Below are positions 9,063-19,294 of a stretch of DNA of 63,468 bases, one piece after another. The notes beneath the pieces are model-generated. The model was not told the DNA's origin. It made no database searches and was given only the letters and a program-made list of their open reading frames with translations. The translations under genes were made by a program, and so were the position numbers. Origin of the DNA: a bacterium (GTDB lineage: Bacteria; Desulfobacterota; DSWW01); the NCBI GenBank assembly GCA_040756235.1, contig JBFLZG010000063.1, forward strand, positions 1 through 63,468, read 5' to 3'. Each line of letters begins with the position of its first letter. Within the stretch, counting starts at the first letter, position 1.

Positions 9063-10435
9063 AGCTGGCTGAGGCGTGCCACGCGGACAGCACCCTGAAA
9101 GGCGCGCCGGAAGGCTTCCTGCACGGGGGGAGCGCCGAGCGCTTTTCGAAAGCCCCTGAGGAGCCTCTGGGGCCGGGCACTCCAATCGGCCGGGTCGGTT
9201 GTCGATGCGACGCCGGGGATCCAGACGTTTCTGTTGCCGGTCTCCCGGAGAATCTTGAAGCTCATCGCAGCCAGAATATCCCACGCCCGCTCGGTGCGGG
9301 GAAACCGCACCTCTTCCCCCATGGCCTCGCGCACCAACTCGATCAGGTGGACGATGCGCACCGGACTGCTCATCAGCTCCCGCGCCGCCAGGAACAGCCA
9401 CAGACAGCCGGCGCAGTACGTGACCAGGGTCCCGGCTCCGGTTTCTTCGGCTTCCCGGATCCTCTTCATCGTTCCTTTGAGGATGTCCATGGGGACCAGG
9501 AAACCCTTGCTCCACCCCGCTCCGCGGCCGAAGCCGCAACACAGGGCATCGGCGTGGTGGTGGCGCATCTCCACCACGCGCACTCCGGCCCACTCCAGGA
9601 GCCAGCGCGCCTCCTCGAAGCAACGGTCTGACTCGGCTTTGGCGTAGCAGTTGTCGTGAACCGTGGCGGTCAGGCCCAGCCCGCGCTCCCGCCGGATCTC
9701 GCCCTTGAGGATCCGCTCGATCACCTGGGCGTGAAAGGCCACGATCTCCTGTCCGAACCGGATGCCGTTCTCTTCGGGATGGAACCTCGTGAACAGGTAG
9801 TGCACCGAGTCCAGCGCCGGGACCACCCGGCGGACACCCCACCGGTCGAGATCGTCCCGCACCATTCTGCCGATCTCGGCGACCAGATCCAGGTAGCCGC
9901 CCTGGCACAGATACGCGCCGCACTCCCAGTGGCCCGGCAGATCAAGCACCGTCATCCCCTCCAGAAGACGGCTGCCGGACAGGATTTCGGGGACCAGGTG
10001 GAAAAAGCTCCCGGGCAGAAAAACCGTCTCCCCGGGCCGGGCCGTCATCCACGACTCGACGGCATCCTTGGCCGGGGCAGGCAGGAGCGCGTGCATCAGG
10101 CTCCAGAGGTTCTCCTTCTCGGTGGGGAAGAGGAACTTCCAGACGGCGGGCGATCCCAGGCGGCGATACCTGTCGTTCCAGCGCGCCAGGATCAGGTGAT
10201 AGGGCTTGCAGTCCCTCGGGCAGTACGTATTGCAGGAAAAGCAGCTCGAGCAGCTCGTGAGGACTTTCGAGTCGGCGCCGCGGATGAGCCTTCCGATCTC
10301 CGCCTGCGCCTCGGCCCGCCCGAGAGCAAGCTCGGGACAGCGCACGAGGCAGTCTCCACAGAGATCGCAGAGGTCCGCGTCGAACATGCCGCCCTCCCGC
10401 ATCCTGCATTGGAGGCCGCCTTCAGGTTCCGTCAT
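9059..10435 (-). CDS. Fe-S oxidoreductase with 2x[4Fe-4S] and CCG domains (GlpC/HdrD-like)
   Basis: CDLCGDCLVRCP, CSSCFSCNTYCP, HDNCY, LCCGFG, TYCAGC. Confidence 0.85.
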   Translation of the reverse strand: MTEPEGGLQCRMREGGMFDADLCDLCGDCLVRCPELALGRAEAQAEIGRLIRGADSKVLTSCSSCFSCNTYCPRDCKPYHLILARWNDRYRRLGSPAVWKFLFPTEKENLWSLMHALLPAPAKDAVESWMTARPGETVFLPGSFFHLVPEILSGSRLLEGMTVLDLPGHWECGAYLCQGGYLDLVAEIGRMVRDDLDRWGVRRVVPALDSVHYLFTRFHPEENGIRFGQEIVAFHAQVIERILKGEIRRERGLGLTATVHDNCYAKAESDRCFEEARWLLEWAGVRVVEMRHHHADALCCGFGRGAGWSKGFLVPMDILKGTMKRIREAEETGAGTLVTYCAGCLWLFLAARELMSSPVRIVHLIELVREAMGEEVRFPRTERAWDILAAMSFKILRETGNRNVWIPGVASTTDPADWSARPQRLLRGFRKALGAPPVQEAFRRAFQGAVRVARLSQL

Positions 10436-10474
10436 CCCGGCCCGTGTGCGGAGCGCGTGTGAGCCTGGATCCAG
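10431..10474. repeat. GTCATCCCGGC...GGATCCAG palindromic repeat family member
   Basis: Related copies near 33421-33464, 50766-50792 and 50839-50882 (reverse orientation). Confidence 0.6.
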
Positions 10475-10510
10475 AAGCCTGCTACAGCAAAGCGGAGGAT
10501 CCCCTGCTGC

Positions 10511-12166
10511 TCAGAACCCGCCGCTCTGGTTGGCAAAGGTCGTGACCGGGTGAGGCAGGGTCGGATCCGTGAGCACGTTGATGCAGGCCGGCTTGCCGTA
10601 TTTCAAAGCGCGCTCCAGCGCAGGCCGGATTTCCTCCGGCCGCTCCACGAGCTCGCCGTAGCCTCCCAGGGCCTGGGCCACGAGGTCGTAGCGCACCGGA
10701 CCGAGATCGCACGCACAGACCCGGTCGTGCCCGTAATGGAACTCCTGGCTGTGCTTGATCATGCCCCAGGCTTTGTCGTTGCCGACCACGCACAGGACTG
10801 GCAGGTTGTGGCGTACCGCTGTATCGATTTCCATTCCGTTCAGCCCGAAAGTGCCGTCCCCGGACAGGAGCACTACAGGGCGCTCCGGGTGAGCGAGCTT
10901 TGCGGCCAGCGCAAAGGGCATCCCCACCCCCAGGCAACCCAGGGGCCCGGTCGAGACCACGCTGGCCGGCCTCTCGGCGGGGAAGGCCTCGCTTCCCCAG
11001 ATCATGATGTCGCCCCCGTCGCAGACGTAGATCGCTTCCTTGCCCGCGATCTCCCGGATCTCCTCGACCAGCCGCCGGGGGTGGACGGGATAACTGTCCA
11101 GCGGGATGGCAGCGCGTGTTTCCCGGCAGCTAGTCTCGAGCATCTCCTTGGCCTGGGCGGCCCAAGGCCTGTCCGGCTGCTCCGGAACCAATGGGGCGAG
11201 GCCCTCCAGGACCAGCCGGATGTCACCGAAGATGCCCACGTCCGGTCCCCGGTTGAACCCCAGCTCGGCGGGCTCGATGTCCACCTGGATGACCTTGACC
11301 GGCGGCGGGAACAGGCGGCCGTACATGAGCATGAAGTTGAAGCGCGTACCCAGGGCGAGAACGACGTCGGCCTGGCTCATGATGCCGACGAGACTCAGCA
11401 GGAACCCGGAAAGGGCCAGCCGGTGAGAGTCGGCAAGCACCCCGCGGCCCCCTGTGCGGGTGATGACCGGAATCCCGGCCTTCTCGGCAAAGGCTTTGAG
11501 AGCCGGCCCTGCGCCGGACCACAGGCACCCGGTCCCGGCCAGGATCAGCGGCCGCTCGGCCGCCGCGAGCAGGCGCGCAGCCTCCTCAAGGAAGCGAGGA
11601 TCTCCGGCGGGCATGGCGGTGCTGCGGTACTGGGTCGGGAATCGAGCCTCCGACTCCTCCACCTCGCCGTTGAGGACGTCAAGGGGCACCTCGAGGTACA
11701 CGGGTCCGGGCCGGCCGGTCATGGCGTGTCGGAACGCCATGGCAATGTACTCCGGGATGCGGTGCGTCTGGTGGCAGAACCGGGCCCACTTCGTGATCGG
11801 CTCCATGAGGGCGAGCTGATTCATGTCCTGCAGCGGGCCGGAATCGTTTTGCGAAAGGGGGCTGCGGCCGCCCAGGACGAGCATGGGAGAGCCGGACTGG
11901 CAGGCGTTGGCCACCGCGGTCACCGCATCGGTGAGTCCGGGGCCTGCGGTGACCGCGCAGACCCCCATCCTGCCCGTGAGCAGAGACCAGGCCTCGGCCA
12001 TGTGGCCGGCAGCCTGCTCGTGACGGGTGTCCACGATCCGGATCCCCGCGTCCATGCAGGCATCGTAAATGGGGAACAGGTGCCCTCCGGCGAGGGTGAA
12101 CAGGTGCGTGACCCCTTCCTGACGGAGCGCTTTGACGACCAGGCGGCCCCCGTGCACTTTGCCCAT
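10511..12166 (-). CDS. Thiamine diphosphate-dependent enzyme (acetolactate synthase / 2-hydroxyacyl-CoA lyase-like)
   Basis: RHEQAAGHMAEAW, VTAGPG, GRPGPVYLEVP, SGDGTFG...GND ThDP motif; AAGGAGG RBS before MGKVHGG. Confidence 0.9.
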   Translation of the reverse strand: MGKVHGGRLVVKALRQEGVTHLFTLAGGHLFPIYDACMDAGIRIVDTRHEQAAGHMAEAWSLLTGRMGVCAVTAGPGLTDAVTAVANACQSGSPMLVLGGRSPLSQNDSGPLQDMNQLALMEPITKWARFCHQTHRIPEYIAMAFRHAMTGRPGPVYLEVPLDVLNGEVEESEARFPTQYRSTAMPAGDPRFLEEAARLLAAAERPLILAGTGCLWSGAGPALKAFAEKAGIPVITRTGGRGVLADSHRLALSGFLLSLVGIMSQADVVLALGTRFNFMLMYGRLFPPPVKVIQVDIEPAELGFNRGPDVGIFGDIRLVLEGLAPLVPEQPDRPWAAQAKEMLETSCRETRAAIPLDSYPVHPRRLVEEIREIAGKEAIYVCDGGDIMIWGSEAFPAERPASVVSTGPLGCLGVGMPFALAAKLAHPERPVVLLSGDGTFGLNGMEIDTAVRHNLPVLCVVGNDKAWGMIKHSQEFHYGHDRVCACDLGPVRYDLVAQALGGYGELVERPEEIRPALERALKYGKPACINVLTDPTLPHPVTTFANQSGGF

Positions 12167-12222
12167 CGCCCCCTCCTTTTCCGGTTGCTCGGAGCCAGTT
12201 TCTCGACGGGCCCCGAGCGGGT

Positions 12223-13245
12223 CTAGACTGCCTGACAGTCGATCAGAATCTTCGCATGACCGGACCCGTGAAGCCTCTTCATGGCCGATCCGATCTCCCC
12301 CAGGGGCATCACGCCGCTCACGACCACGTCCGGCCGGACCCGGCCGGACCCGAGCAGCCGCAGGCACTCTCCGAACTCCCGATAGGTATAGCCGAAGCTG
12401 AAGCTGAAGCGGGTCTCCTTGAGAAAGCACGGGAGCGGAAAGAGTGTGGTGTTTCTCATGGGTACGCCGAGCGCCACGACATGGCCGTGGACCCCGGCGA
12501 TCCCTGCAGCTTCCTCCATGGAGCTGTCGGTCCCTGCGCAGTCGAAGACGTACTCGGGCGCCCGGCCGAGCTTCTCCTGGACAGCGGCTCCGGTATAGTC
12601 GGTCTTCGGGTTGAATACCGCGTCGACGCCCAGGGCACGCGCCTTGTCCGCCCGGAAAGGGTCTGGTTCGGACACGTAAATCCCGGCAGCCCCCGCAGCC
12701 TGAAGGGCGCTGACGCAGAGAAGCCCGATCGGCCCGGCACCCATGACGACCGCGCTCCCGCCGACCTTGAAGCCGGAAAGGTTGACCCCGTGGACCGCGA
12801 CGGCCCACGGCTCGTTCAGGGCCGCGGTCTTCAGGTCCATCCCGTCCGGAACCCGAAAGAGCATGGAGGGCCTGACCTGCATGTACTCGGAGAACCCGCC
12901 GGGCAGACCGCCCAGCCCGTAAGCTCTGGCGACCCCATCCTGGCAGAGCGACACGTTCCACCCGCGACAGGGCTCACAGGCAAAGCAGGGGTCCAGAGGC
13001 AGGACGACGACCGGGTCACCCTCCCTCCAGTCTTCCACCCCTTGGCCTATGGCTGCAATGCTGCCAGAAAGCTCGTGCCCGGGGACGCTGCCGGTCGGCA
13101 TCATGCCCGCGTCCAGCATGTGTACGTCGGAACCGCAGATCCCGCAGTAGGCCACCTTCACCACCAGACTGCCTGGCCCGGGCTCAGGGCTGGGGACTTC
13201 GGATACCTTCAGGCTGTTGTCAGGCTGGACCAGGGCTGCCTTCAT
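12223..13245 (-). CDS. Zinc-dependent alcohol dehydrogenase (MDR family)
   Basis: CGICGSD, GHE, CFACEPC..C, GAGPIG; start MKAALVQ. Confidence 0.9.
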   Translation of the reverse strand: MKAALVQPDNSLKVSEVPSPEPGPGSLVVKVAYCGICGSDVHMLDAGMMPTGSVPGHELSGSIAAIGQGVEDWREGDPVVVLPLDPCFACEPCRGWNVSLCQDGVARAYGLGGLPGGFSEYMQVRPSMLFRVPDGMDLKTAALNEPWAVAVHGVNLSGFKVGGSAVVMGAGPIGLLCVSALQAAGAAGIYVSEPDPFRADKARALGVDAVFNPKTDYTGAAVQEKLGRAPEYVFDCAGTDSSMEEAAGIAGVHGHVVALGVPMRNTTLFPLPCFLKETRFSFSFGYTYREFGECLRLLGSGRVRPDVVVSGVMPLGEIGSAMKRLHGSGHAKILIDCQAV

Positions 13246-13436
13246 CTCTTCTCCCCCTGTTGTGCGGCCCCGGGGCCGGCGCGTGGCGACCGAATCGGAA
13301 GCACGGCGCCCGAAGCCGGGAACCACTCTCCGGACAATAGACCAAACCGGACGTTCGATTCAACCGCGAGGAGCTTCTACCCGGGTAGGGATGTACGGAG
13401 CGAATGCGTGACCACCGACCAGGCCAGAGATCTTCT

Positions 13437-13580
13437 GTAGGGGCAGGGCTTGCCCTGCCCGGGAGATGGGAACGAAAACCGGAGATTGCGAGCGAAGACG
13501 GGCGCAGCAAGCAGCGCCCCTACGAAGATCCGGCCGAGGCGGCGGCGAGTTTTCTTGTAGGGGCAGGGCTTGCTCTGCCC
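13437..13580. repeat. GTAG-type REP cluster (three palindromes in alternating orientation)
   Basis: GTAGGGGCAGGGCTTGCCCTGCCC (13437; near-identical at 13557) and GGGCGCAGCAAGCAGCGCCCCTAC (13500). Confidence 0.8.
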
Positions 13581-13589
13581 GCGGAGGGG

Positions 13590-14792
13590 TCAGTTCTTCG
13601 ATAGCAGGTGGGCCACGGCCCGGTCCAGGCCGTCCAGGCTCAGGCCGAACATGCGGAAGACCGTGGCTACCCTCTGGACCGTGTAGGGCCCCTGGGTGAA
13701 GTCGGGGGCGTAGCGCACCATCGGGTTGAGCCACGCCGAGTGGCGGAAGGTGCCGGCCAGGAAGCGGAGCTGGTCGATCCCCGGTTTCGTCTGTCGCTCG
13801 TTGTAGTAGATGCACCCCTTCGGGTGCTCCAGCTCCTCGGGTGCCATGGCGGCGTCGCCCACGAAGACGAGACGCGACTCCGAATCCAGCCTTGCGAGAT
13901 CCGCGGCCGAGAGGGGCTTGTAGAGCCTTTGGGGGTCCTCCCAGACGCGCTCGTACACGCAGTTGTGATAGAAGAAGGTCTTGAGGTCCTTGAACTGTGC
14001 GCGGGCATAGTTGAAGAGCGTCTGGACCACCTCCACGTAAGGATCCATGCTCCAGCCGCCGTTGTCGATGAGCAGGATCACTTTGAGCTTGTCTTTGAGC
14101 CTGGGGTCGAAGACGATCTCGATTTCGCCCGCGTTCTTCACCGTCTCGCGGATGGTCTTGTCCACGTTCACCTGGTCCCGGGGACCCGCCGGGACCAGGT
14201 GCTTGAGCCTGCGCAGGGCCTCGCCCACCTGGGAAAGGGTGAGGCGGGAGTCCTGGGTGTAGTCGCGGTAGCGCCGCTCCAGAGCGACCTTCACGGCGGA
14301 CCTGCCGCCGGAGCCCCCGCCCACGCGCATGCCGCCCGGCCGGTGGCCCGAGTGCCCCACCGGGCTCGTCCCTCCGGTGCCGATCCAGCGGTTGCCGCCG
14401 TCGTGCCTTTCGGTCTGCTCTTTCAGCCGGTCGAGGAAGTAACGGACGAGCTCCTCCGGGCTCAGCTTGGGCAGCGAGTCCGGGTCGATTCCCAGCATCT
14501 CGGCGATCTCCCTGGGGTCGCGCAGCCACTCCTCGAGCAGGGCCCGCAAAGCGGCCTCCAGCTCCTTTTCGAGCTCGCCCTCTCGTTCCACGCCGTAGAA
14601 GTACTTGGCGAAGACCCGGTCGTAGAGATCGAAGTAGCGCTCGCTCTTCACCATGAGCGTCCGAGCCACGACATAGAAGTCGTCCAGGTTGCGGATCAAG
14701 CCAAGGTGGAGGGACTTCTGCAGCTTCAGGAAAGCCGTCGGGGTGGCCGGCATGCCGGCCTTCCTGAGATCGTAGAAGAACTCAACGAACAC
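13590..14792 (-). CDS. vWA-domain (CoxE-like) partner protein
   Basis: GGNRWIGTGGTSP, LLIDNGGWSM MIDAS-like motif, VGDAAM, WLNP; adjacent to MoxR ATPase. Confidence 0.85.
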   Translation of the reverse strand: MFVEFFYDLRKAGMPATPTAFLKLQKSLHLGLIRNLDDFYVVARTLMVKSERYFDLYDRVFAKYFYGVEREGELEKELEAALRALLEEWLRDPREIAEMLGIDPDSLPKLSPEELVRYFLDRLKEQTERHDGGNRWIGTGGTSPVGHSGHRPGGMRVGGGSGGRSAVKVALERRYRDYTQDSRLTLSQVGEALRRLKHLVPAGPRDQVNVDKTIRETVKNAGEIEIVFDPRLKDKLKVILLIDNGGWSMDPYVEVVQTLFNYARAQFKDLKTFFYHNCVYERVWEDPQRLYKPLSAADLARLDSESRLVFVGDAAMAPEELEHPKGCIYYNERQTKPGIDQLRFLAGTFRHSAWLNPMVRYAPDFTQGPYTVQRVATVFRMFGLSLDGLDRAVAHLLSKN

Positions 14793-14798
14793 GGGTGG

Positions 14799-15644
14799 TT
14801 ACCTTCCGGAAAGAGGCGACTGCTGGACCTGCAGATAATCGGCGCTCTTCTTGAAAAGAATGCCCAGGTACGGGACCTCATTTCCCCTCTCGAGAGCTCG
14901 GGCGCTGAAGCTCGAATCCAGGCGCAGGGCACGGATCCAGTTGATCAGCTCCCGGGTTGCCGGTTTCTTTTCGACATGGGGCAGGGAGCGCAGCCGGTAG
15001 AAGGTCTCGATGCAGCCGTCGGCCAGGCGGTCCTCGATGCCCGGGAAGTGGGACTCCACGATCCGGCGCATGAAGTCCGGCGCCGGGAAGGCGATGTGGT
15101 GGAAGTTGCAGCGACCGAGAAAGGGGTCGCTCAGGTCCTTCTTGGCGTTCGAGGTGATGATGACTACCGGCCGGTGCCTGGCCCGCACGGTCTCGTCGAT
15201 CTCGATGATGTCGAAGCTCATCTGGTCCAGGACGTCCAGCAGATCATCCTGGAAGTCGCTGTCGGCCTTGTCGATTTCGTCGATGAGCAAGACCACTCGG
15301 GCGTCGGCGGTGAAGGCCTGCCCGATCTTCCCCATGCGGAGGTAGTTCCGAATCTCGCTCACGTCCCGACCGGAGTCGCCGAACCGGCTGTCGTTGAGCC
15401 GGGTCAGGGTATCGTACTGGTAGAGAGCCTCGATCGCCTTCATGCTGCTCTTGACGTTGAGGGCCAGCAGAGGCAGCCCGAGGTTCTCCGCCACGGCATG
15501 GGCGAGCAGGGTCTTGCCCGTGCCGGGCTCTCCTTTAAGCAGCAGAGGCATCTCCAGCGCGATCGAGACATTGACGATCTTGGCCAGCTCGGGATCGACA
15601 ACATAGGTGCTCGTTCCGATGAACTCGCTCGGCGTTTCTTTCAT
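14799..15644 (-). CDS. MoxR-family AAA+ ATPase
   Basis: GEPGTGKT Walker A, LLIDEIDKA Walker B, ITSN, LSDPFLGRC. Confidence 0.9.
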   Translation of the reverse strand: MKETPSEFIGTSTYVVDPELAKIVNVSIALEMPLLLKGEPGTGKTLLAHAVAENLGLPLLALNVKSSMKAIEALYQYDTLTRLNDSRFGDSGRDVSEIRNYLRMGKIGQAFTADARVVLLIDEIDKADSDFQDDLLDVLDQMSFDIIEIDETVRARHRPVVIITSNAKKDLSDPFLGRCNFHHIAFPAPDFMRRIVESHFPGIEDRLADGCIETFYRLRSLPHVEKKPATRELINWIRALRLDSSFSARALERGNEVPYLGILFKKSADYLQVQQSPLSGR

Positions 15645-15912
15645 GGCAGCCACCTGCTCCTCCCTCTCCCGTGCGTGAGGTTTCAATTTAGCACACGGGG
15701 CTGCAGAATGCGACGGGCGGAGACCGGCGCGCCCCGCCGTCCTCCGTCCGGGCGAAGCTCTGCGGCGCGCCTTGGGAATCGCGAGTCCTGGTTATCGGGA
15801 AGGATGGGGGGCCTGCGAAACTGGCCAAAGGCTGCGGGAAGGCGGCCTGCCCGGACGCAAGGCAGGCGAAGCCCGAGTCTCGGACCGGCGAGCGTGGGTG
15901 GGGGAGCCCGGA

Positions 15913-16554
15913 TCAGCCCCCCCTGGCCACGTTTCCGGGGGATCGCTGCGCAGGGCTCGCGACCGGCTCCGCAGAAGCCGTCATGCGGACCCCACCGTGA
16001 TCAAGTCTTTCTTGCTTCGGGCGCACGTGCCACCGGATCGTCAGTCGCTGCTTTCCGAAATTCACCGCGTCCTTGTATTCTTCCATATAGATGTCGATCC
16101 AATTGTGCTTGCTGATGTGCATTCGATCCAGGACCGTCAGCTTGCCAAAACCTTCTACGAAGACCTCTTTGCCCCTGGTGAGGCCCATGGCCTCGAGGTC
16201 CCGCGAGACGGCAATGGTGCCGGGCCGGATCTCGTCACCCCAGGCACATACGGTCGGGTCGGAGTCGGTCTGCTTGGCTTCCGCGTTGTAGGCGGTCGCT
16301 CTCACGATCATGGTTCGTTTCTTCGCCTGGTGGCGCTTGGCCAGGATCCCCCTGGGGCCCAAGCCGCCCTTTGCGGTTCCGCTGATGAGCTGCTCTACGA
16401 CCTCCCTTGACAGCGCTTCCTGTTGCGGGTCCTGGTCCTGGGACAGGAACTGCGTGCATTCGTTGCCTCTCCAGGCGTTCAAACTGCCGCCCGTCAATGC
16501 GGAGAGGACGACCACCGTGGAGAGAAGGGCGATGAGAACGGCTGTCGATTTCAT
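15913..16554 (-). CDS. Secreted 3D-domain (lytic transglycosylase-like) protein
   Basis: Signal peptide; ATAYN..QTDSDP, IAVSRDL, VLDRM, IDIYM; GGAGG RBS. Confidence 0.85.
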   Translation of the reverse strand: MKSTAVLIALLSTVVVLSALTGGSLNAWRGNECTQFLSQDQDPQQEALSREVVEQLISGTAKGGLGPRGILAKRHQAKKRTMIVRATAYNAEAKQTDSDPTVCAWGDEIRPGTIAVSRDLEAMGLTRGKEVFVEGFGKLTVLDRMHISKHNWIDIYMEEYKDAVNFGKQRLTIRWHVRPKQERLDHGGVRMTASAEPVASPAQRSPGNVARGG

Positions 16555-16989
16555 CGGATCCTCCATGGTGAATGGGAACGGTTTGCATCACGCGTATCGC
16601 CTGTTATGAGATACGAGGATTATACCTAGTCCAGGTTGTTTTATCAACACAAAATTCACTTCTTCTATCGAACCAAAAAAATCCTTACAGGAACTCCCTT
16701 TAACTGCTCGTGATTTGAATTGACTTGAAAAACTTCTCGGAACTCGATAGGGCATCCACTACTCAACTTTGTTATGGAAATCTCGCCTTCTCTGCTGCGG
16801 CCATCACGGGTGGCGGTCAGCGCGGGAAAAAGCACCGTAAGTCCGGGGCTTCGGCCGCGATCCCGGTTTCGCCCGAATCTTGCATGGTCAGATCGGTCCA
16901 TCCTCGCACGCGAGCACGCTGAACCCATTTCAGATGCCCCGAGGAGCATTTTTGGCCTCAGGAGGCGTGCCCCCCCTCTCGGTTGAAAT

Positions 16990-17005
16990 TCAAACGTCCG
17001 TTTGA
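16990..17005. promoter_or_regulatory. Palindromic operator, probably bound by the downstream TetR
   Basis: TCAAACG-TC-CGTTTGA perfect inverted repeat about 30 bp upstream of the TetR start. Confidence 0.65.
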
Positions 17006-17036
17006 TACATTCGTTTAACTGTCCGCGGGGTGCATA

Positions 17037-17711
17037 ATGGCTCTGTCAGACCGCCTGTCTCCTTCAAACCAGGGAGAGCCGACGCGCGAGCGCCTGCTCA
17101 AGAGCGCCGAGCGCCTGTTCGCCCGGCGAGGGTATGCTCTCACCTCGGTCAGGGCGATCACTCGGGAAGCGGCCTGCAACATCGCCGCCGTGAACTACCA
17201 CTTCAACGGCAAGCACAACCTCTACCGCGAGATGTTCAGGCAGCGCACGGCCGCCCTGAGAGAGCAAAGGATCTCACGCATCCGGCTCGCCATGGACGAG
17301 GCGGGCAAAATGGCGTCCCTGGAGACGGTCCTCGAGGCCTTTGCGAACGCCTTCGTGGAGCCTCTGGCAGATGAGTCGCGCGGCAGGACCGTGATGGAGC
17401 TCATGACCCGGGAGCTCCTGGACCCCCAGCTGCCCCCGGGCTTCTTCCTCTCCGAGATGATCCTGCCCGTGCAGGAAGCTCTGGCGGAAGCGATCCGGAC
17501 CGTGGAACCCGGCATCCCCCAGCGGGCCGTCCGTATGTGCATCCAATCTTTCGTCGGCCAGCTCATCCACGTCCTGCGGATGCGGACCATGGCCCAGCGC
17601 TCCGAGCAGCCCAGCGAGGTGGCTTTTCCCCTTCCGGAGTCGGTCCAGCACATCGTCTGTTTTACCGCGGCCGGGATCCGAGCCTATACGAACAAGAGAG
17701 GTTCTTCCTGA
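17037..17711 (+). CDS. TetR/AcrR family regulator (CecR/DUF1956-like C-terminus)
   Basis: TRERLL.SAERLFA..GY...SVRAI...A.CN.AAVNYHF..K HTH. Confidence 0.9.
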   Translation: MALSDRLSPSNQGEPTRERLLKSAERLFARRGYALTSVRAITREAACNIAAVNYHFNGKHNLYREMFRQRTAALREQRISRIRLAMDEAGKMASLETVLEAFANAFVEPLADESRGRTVMELMTRELLDPQLPPGFFLSEMILPVQEALAEAIRTVEPGIPQRAVRMCIQSFVGQLIHVLRMRTMAQRSEQPSEVAFPLPESVQHIVCFTAAGIRAYTNKRGSS

Positions 17712-19294
17712 TGCGACCTTGCGGGGGACCCGGTGGTGAAGGCGACAACGTGCACGACGGCAGCGCGCATCCCCGGAGGACCGCCGATCGGCAGCGTTCC
17801 GCCCGTCCCCGGCCTCCGAGACGATGCTCTTCTCGGCTGGGCCTGTGCGCCGTGGCGACTTTCGCCGCCGCCTTCGCCGCCTGCACGCACGCTCCCACGG
17901 TGTTGCGCGAACCGCTCGTCCCGCCTGGGCCCGCCGTGTACGCGCAGGGCCTCCCGGTTGCGGACCCGGCCGCCCGGCCCGCGCCGGAGCTCCCGGAGAA
18001 CTGGCAGGAGCTTGCAGGGCGCCTGACCCTGGCCGACATCGTGTCCATCGGCCTGGCGAACAACCCGGAGACGCGCGGGAGCTGGCTGACGGCCAAAGCC
18101 GCTGCTGCCCGGGTGGGCATGCAGCGCTCCGCTTACCTGCCCACCATCGACGTGGAAGGGAGCTTCGCCCATGTCAACCAGTCCGCGGTCGGAGGCCAGT
18201 TCACGTTCAGCGAGGACATCTACGGCGCCAGCGCGACCTTGAACTGGCTCCTTTTCGACTTCGGGGGCCGGTCGGCCCGGCTCGACGAGGCCTGGGCGGC
18301 CCTGCTCGCCTCCGACTACGGGCACAACGCCGTAATCCAGGACGTGGTCCTGGCCGTCGAGCAGGCCTTCTACGGATATCTCGCAGCGAAGGCGCAGCAT
18401 TCCGCCGCCCAAGCCAACGTCCGTGAAGCCCAGGTCAACCTCGAGGCCGCCCGGAAGCGTCACGAGGTGGGGGTCGCCACGATCGCCGACGTGCTGAAGG
18501 CGCAGACCGCCTTCTCCCAGGCACAGCTTCTTCAGCAGAGCTTCGCCGGCCAGATCGAGGCATTGAAAGGGGAGCTGGCGACGGCCATGGGCCTGCCGGC
18601 GAGCACTCAGTATGAAGTGGGGTGGCTGCCCGAGGACGTACCTGTCGAGGAGGTTACCGAGCAAGTGGGACCGCTCCTGGACAAGGCCCTGGCAGACAGG
18701 CCCGACCTGGCCGAGGCCCGGTGGCGGGCGGAGGAGGCCTTTTCTCGCCTGCAAAGCGTCAAGGCGCAAGGATGGCCCAGCATCTCCGCCACCAGCTCGG
18801 GGAACCGCAGCTACTACCTGCCGGGTTTCTTCAGAACGCACACCGACGACTGGTCAGCCGCGCTGGTCTTACGGTACCCGCTGTTCACCGGGTTTTCCCA
18901 GCACTTCGACGTCAAGCGAGCGGAGGCGGAGGCGGAGGTCAGCAAGACCCAGGTCACCAGCCTCGAGCAGCAGGTCATCCTCGAGGTGTGGACCGGCTAC
19001 TCGGACCTGAAGACGTCGCTTCAACAAGTGAAGACCACCCGGGACCTGCTCGCCAGCGCGGAGCAGTCGGAGCGGGTCGCCCTCGCCCAGTACAAGCAGG
19101 GGGTCGGCAGCATACTGGACCTCCTGTCGGCCCAGGGCTCCCTGACAACCGCCCGGGCGGAGGAGATCCGCGCGCGCTCCAACTGGTTCCTCGCCGTGGC
19201 GCGCCTGGCAAGGGCCACGGGCGCGCTCAAACCGCTCGAGAGGCCGGAAGCCCGTGCCCCGCGCGAACCGACGACTGGAGACGAGCCAAGATGA
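17711..19294 (+). CDS. TolC-family outer-membrane efflux lipoprotein
   Basis: Lipobox AFAAC, two OEP repeats (LNWLLFDFGG; YKQGVGSILDLL); exact start uncertain. Confidence 0.85.
   Translation: MRPCGGPGGEGDNVHDGSAHPRRTADRQRSARPRPPRRCSSRLGLCAVATFAAAFAACTHAPTVLREPLVPPGPAVYAQGLPVADPAARPAPELPENWQELAGRLTLADIVSIGLANNPETRGSWLTAKAAAARVGMQRSAYLPTIDVEGSFAHVNQSAVGGQFTFSEDIYGASATLNWLLFDFGGRSARLDEAWAALLASDYGHNAVIQDVVLAVEQAFYGYLAAKAQHSAAQANVREAQVNLEAARKRHEVGVATIADVLKAQTAFSQAQLLQQSFAGQIEALKGELATAMGLPASTQYEVGWLPEDVPVEEVTEQVGPLLDKALADRPDLAEARWRAEEAFSRLQSVKAQGWPSISATSSGNRSYYLPGFFRTHTDDWSAALVLRYPLFTGFSQHFDVKRAEAEAEVSKTQVTSLEQQVILEVWTGYSDLKTSLQQVKTTRDLLASAEQSERVALAQYKQGVGSILDLLSAQGSLTTARAEEIRARSNWFLAVARLARATGALKPLERPEARAPREPTTGDEPR

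Noticed and set aside
13437..13580. Possible CRISPR array
   Set aside because: Only two same-orientation repeats with an inverted REP between them and no cas genes; fits a REP cluster
16570..16980. Riboswitch (c-di-AMP or c-di-GMP) upstream of the 3D-domain gene
   Set aside because: I could not find the conserved aptamer motifs by eye; an Infernal/Rfam scan would settle it
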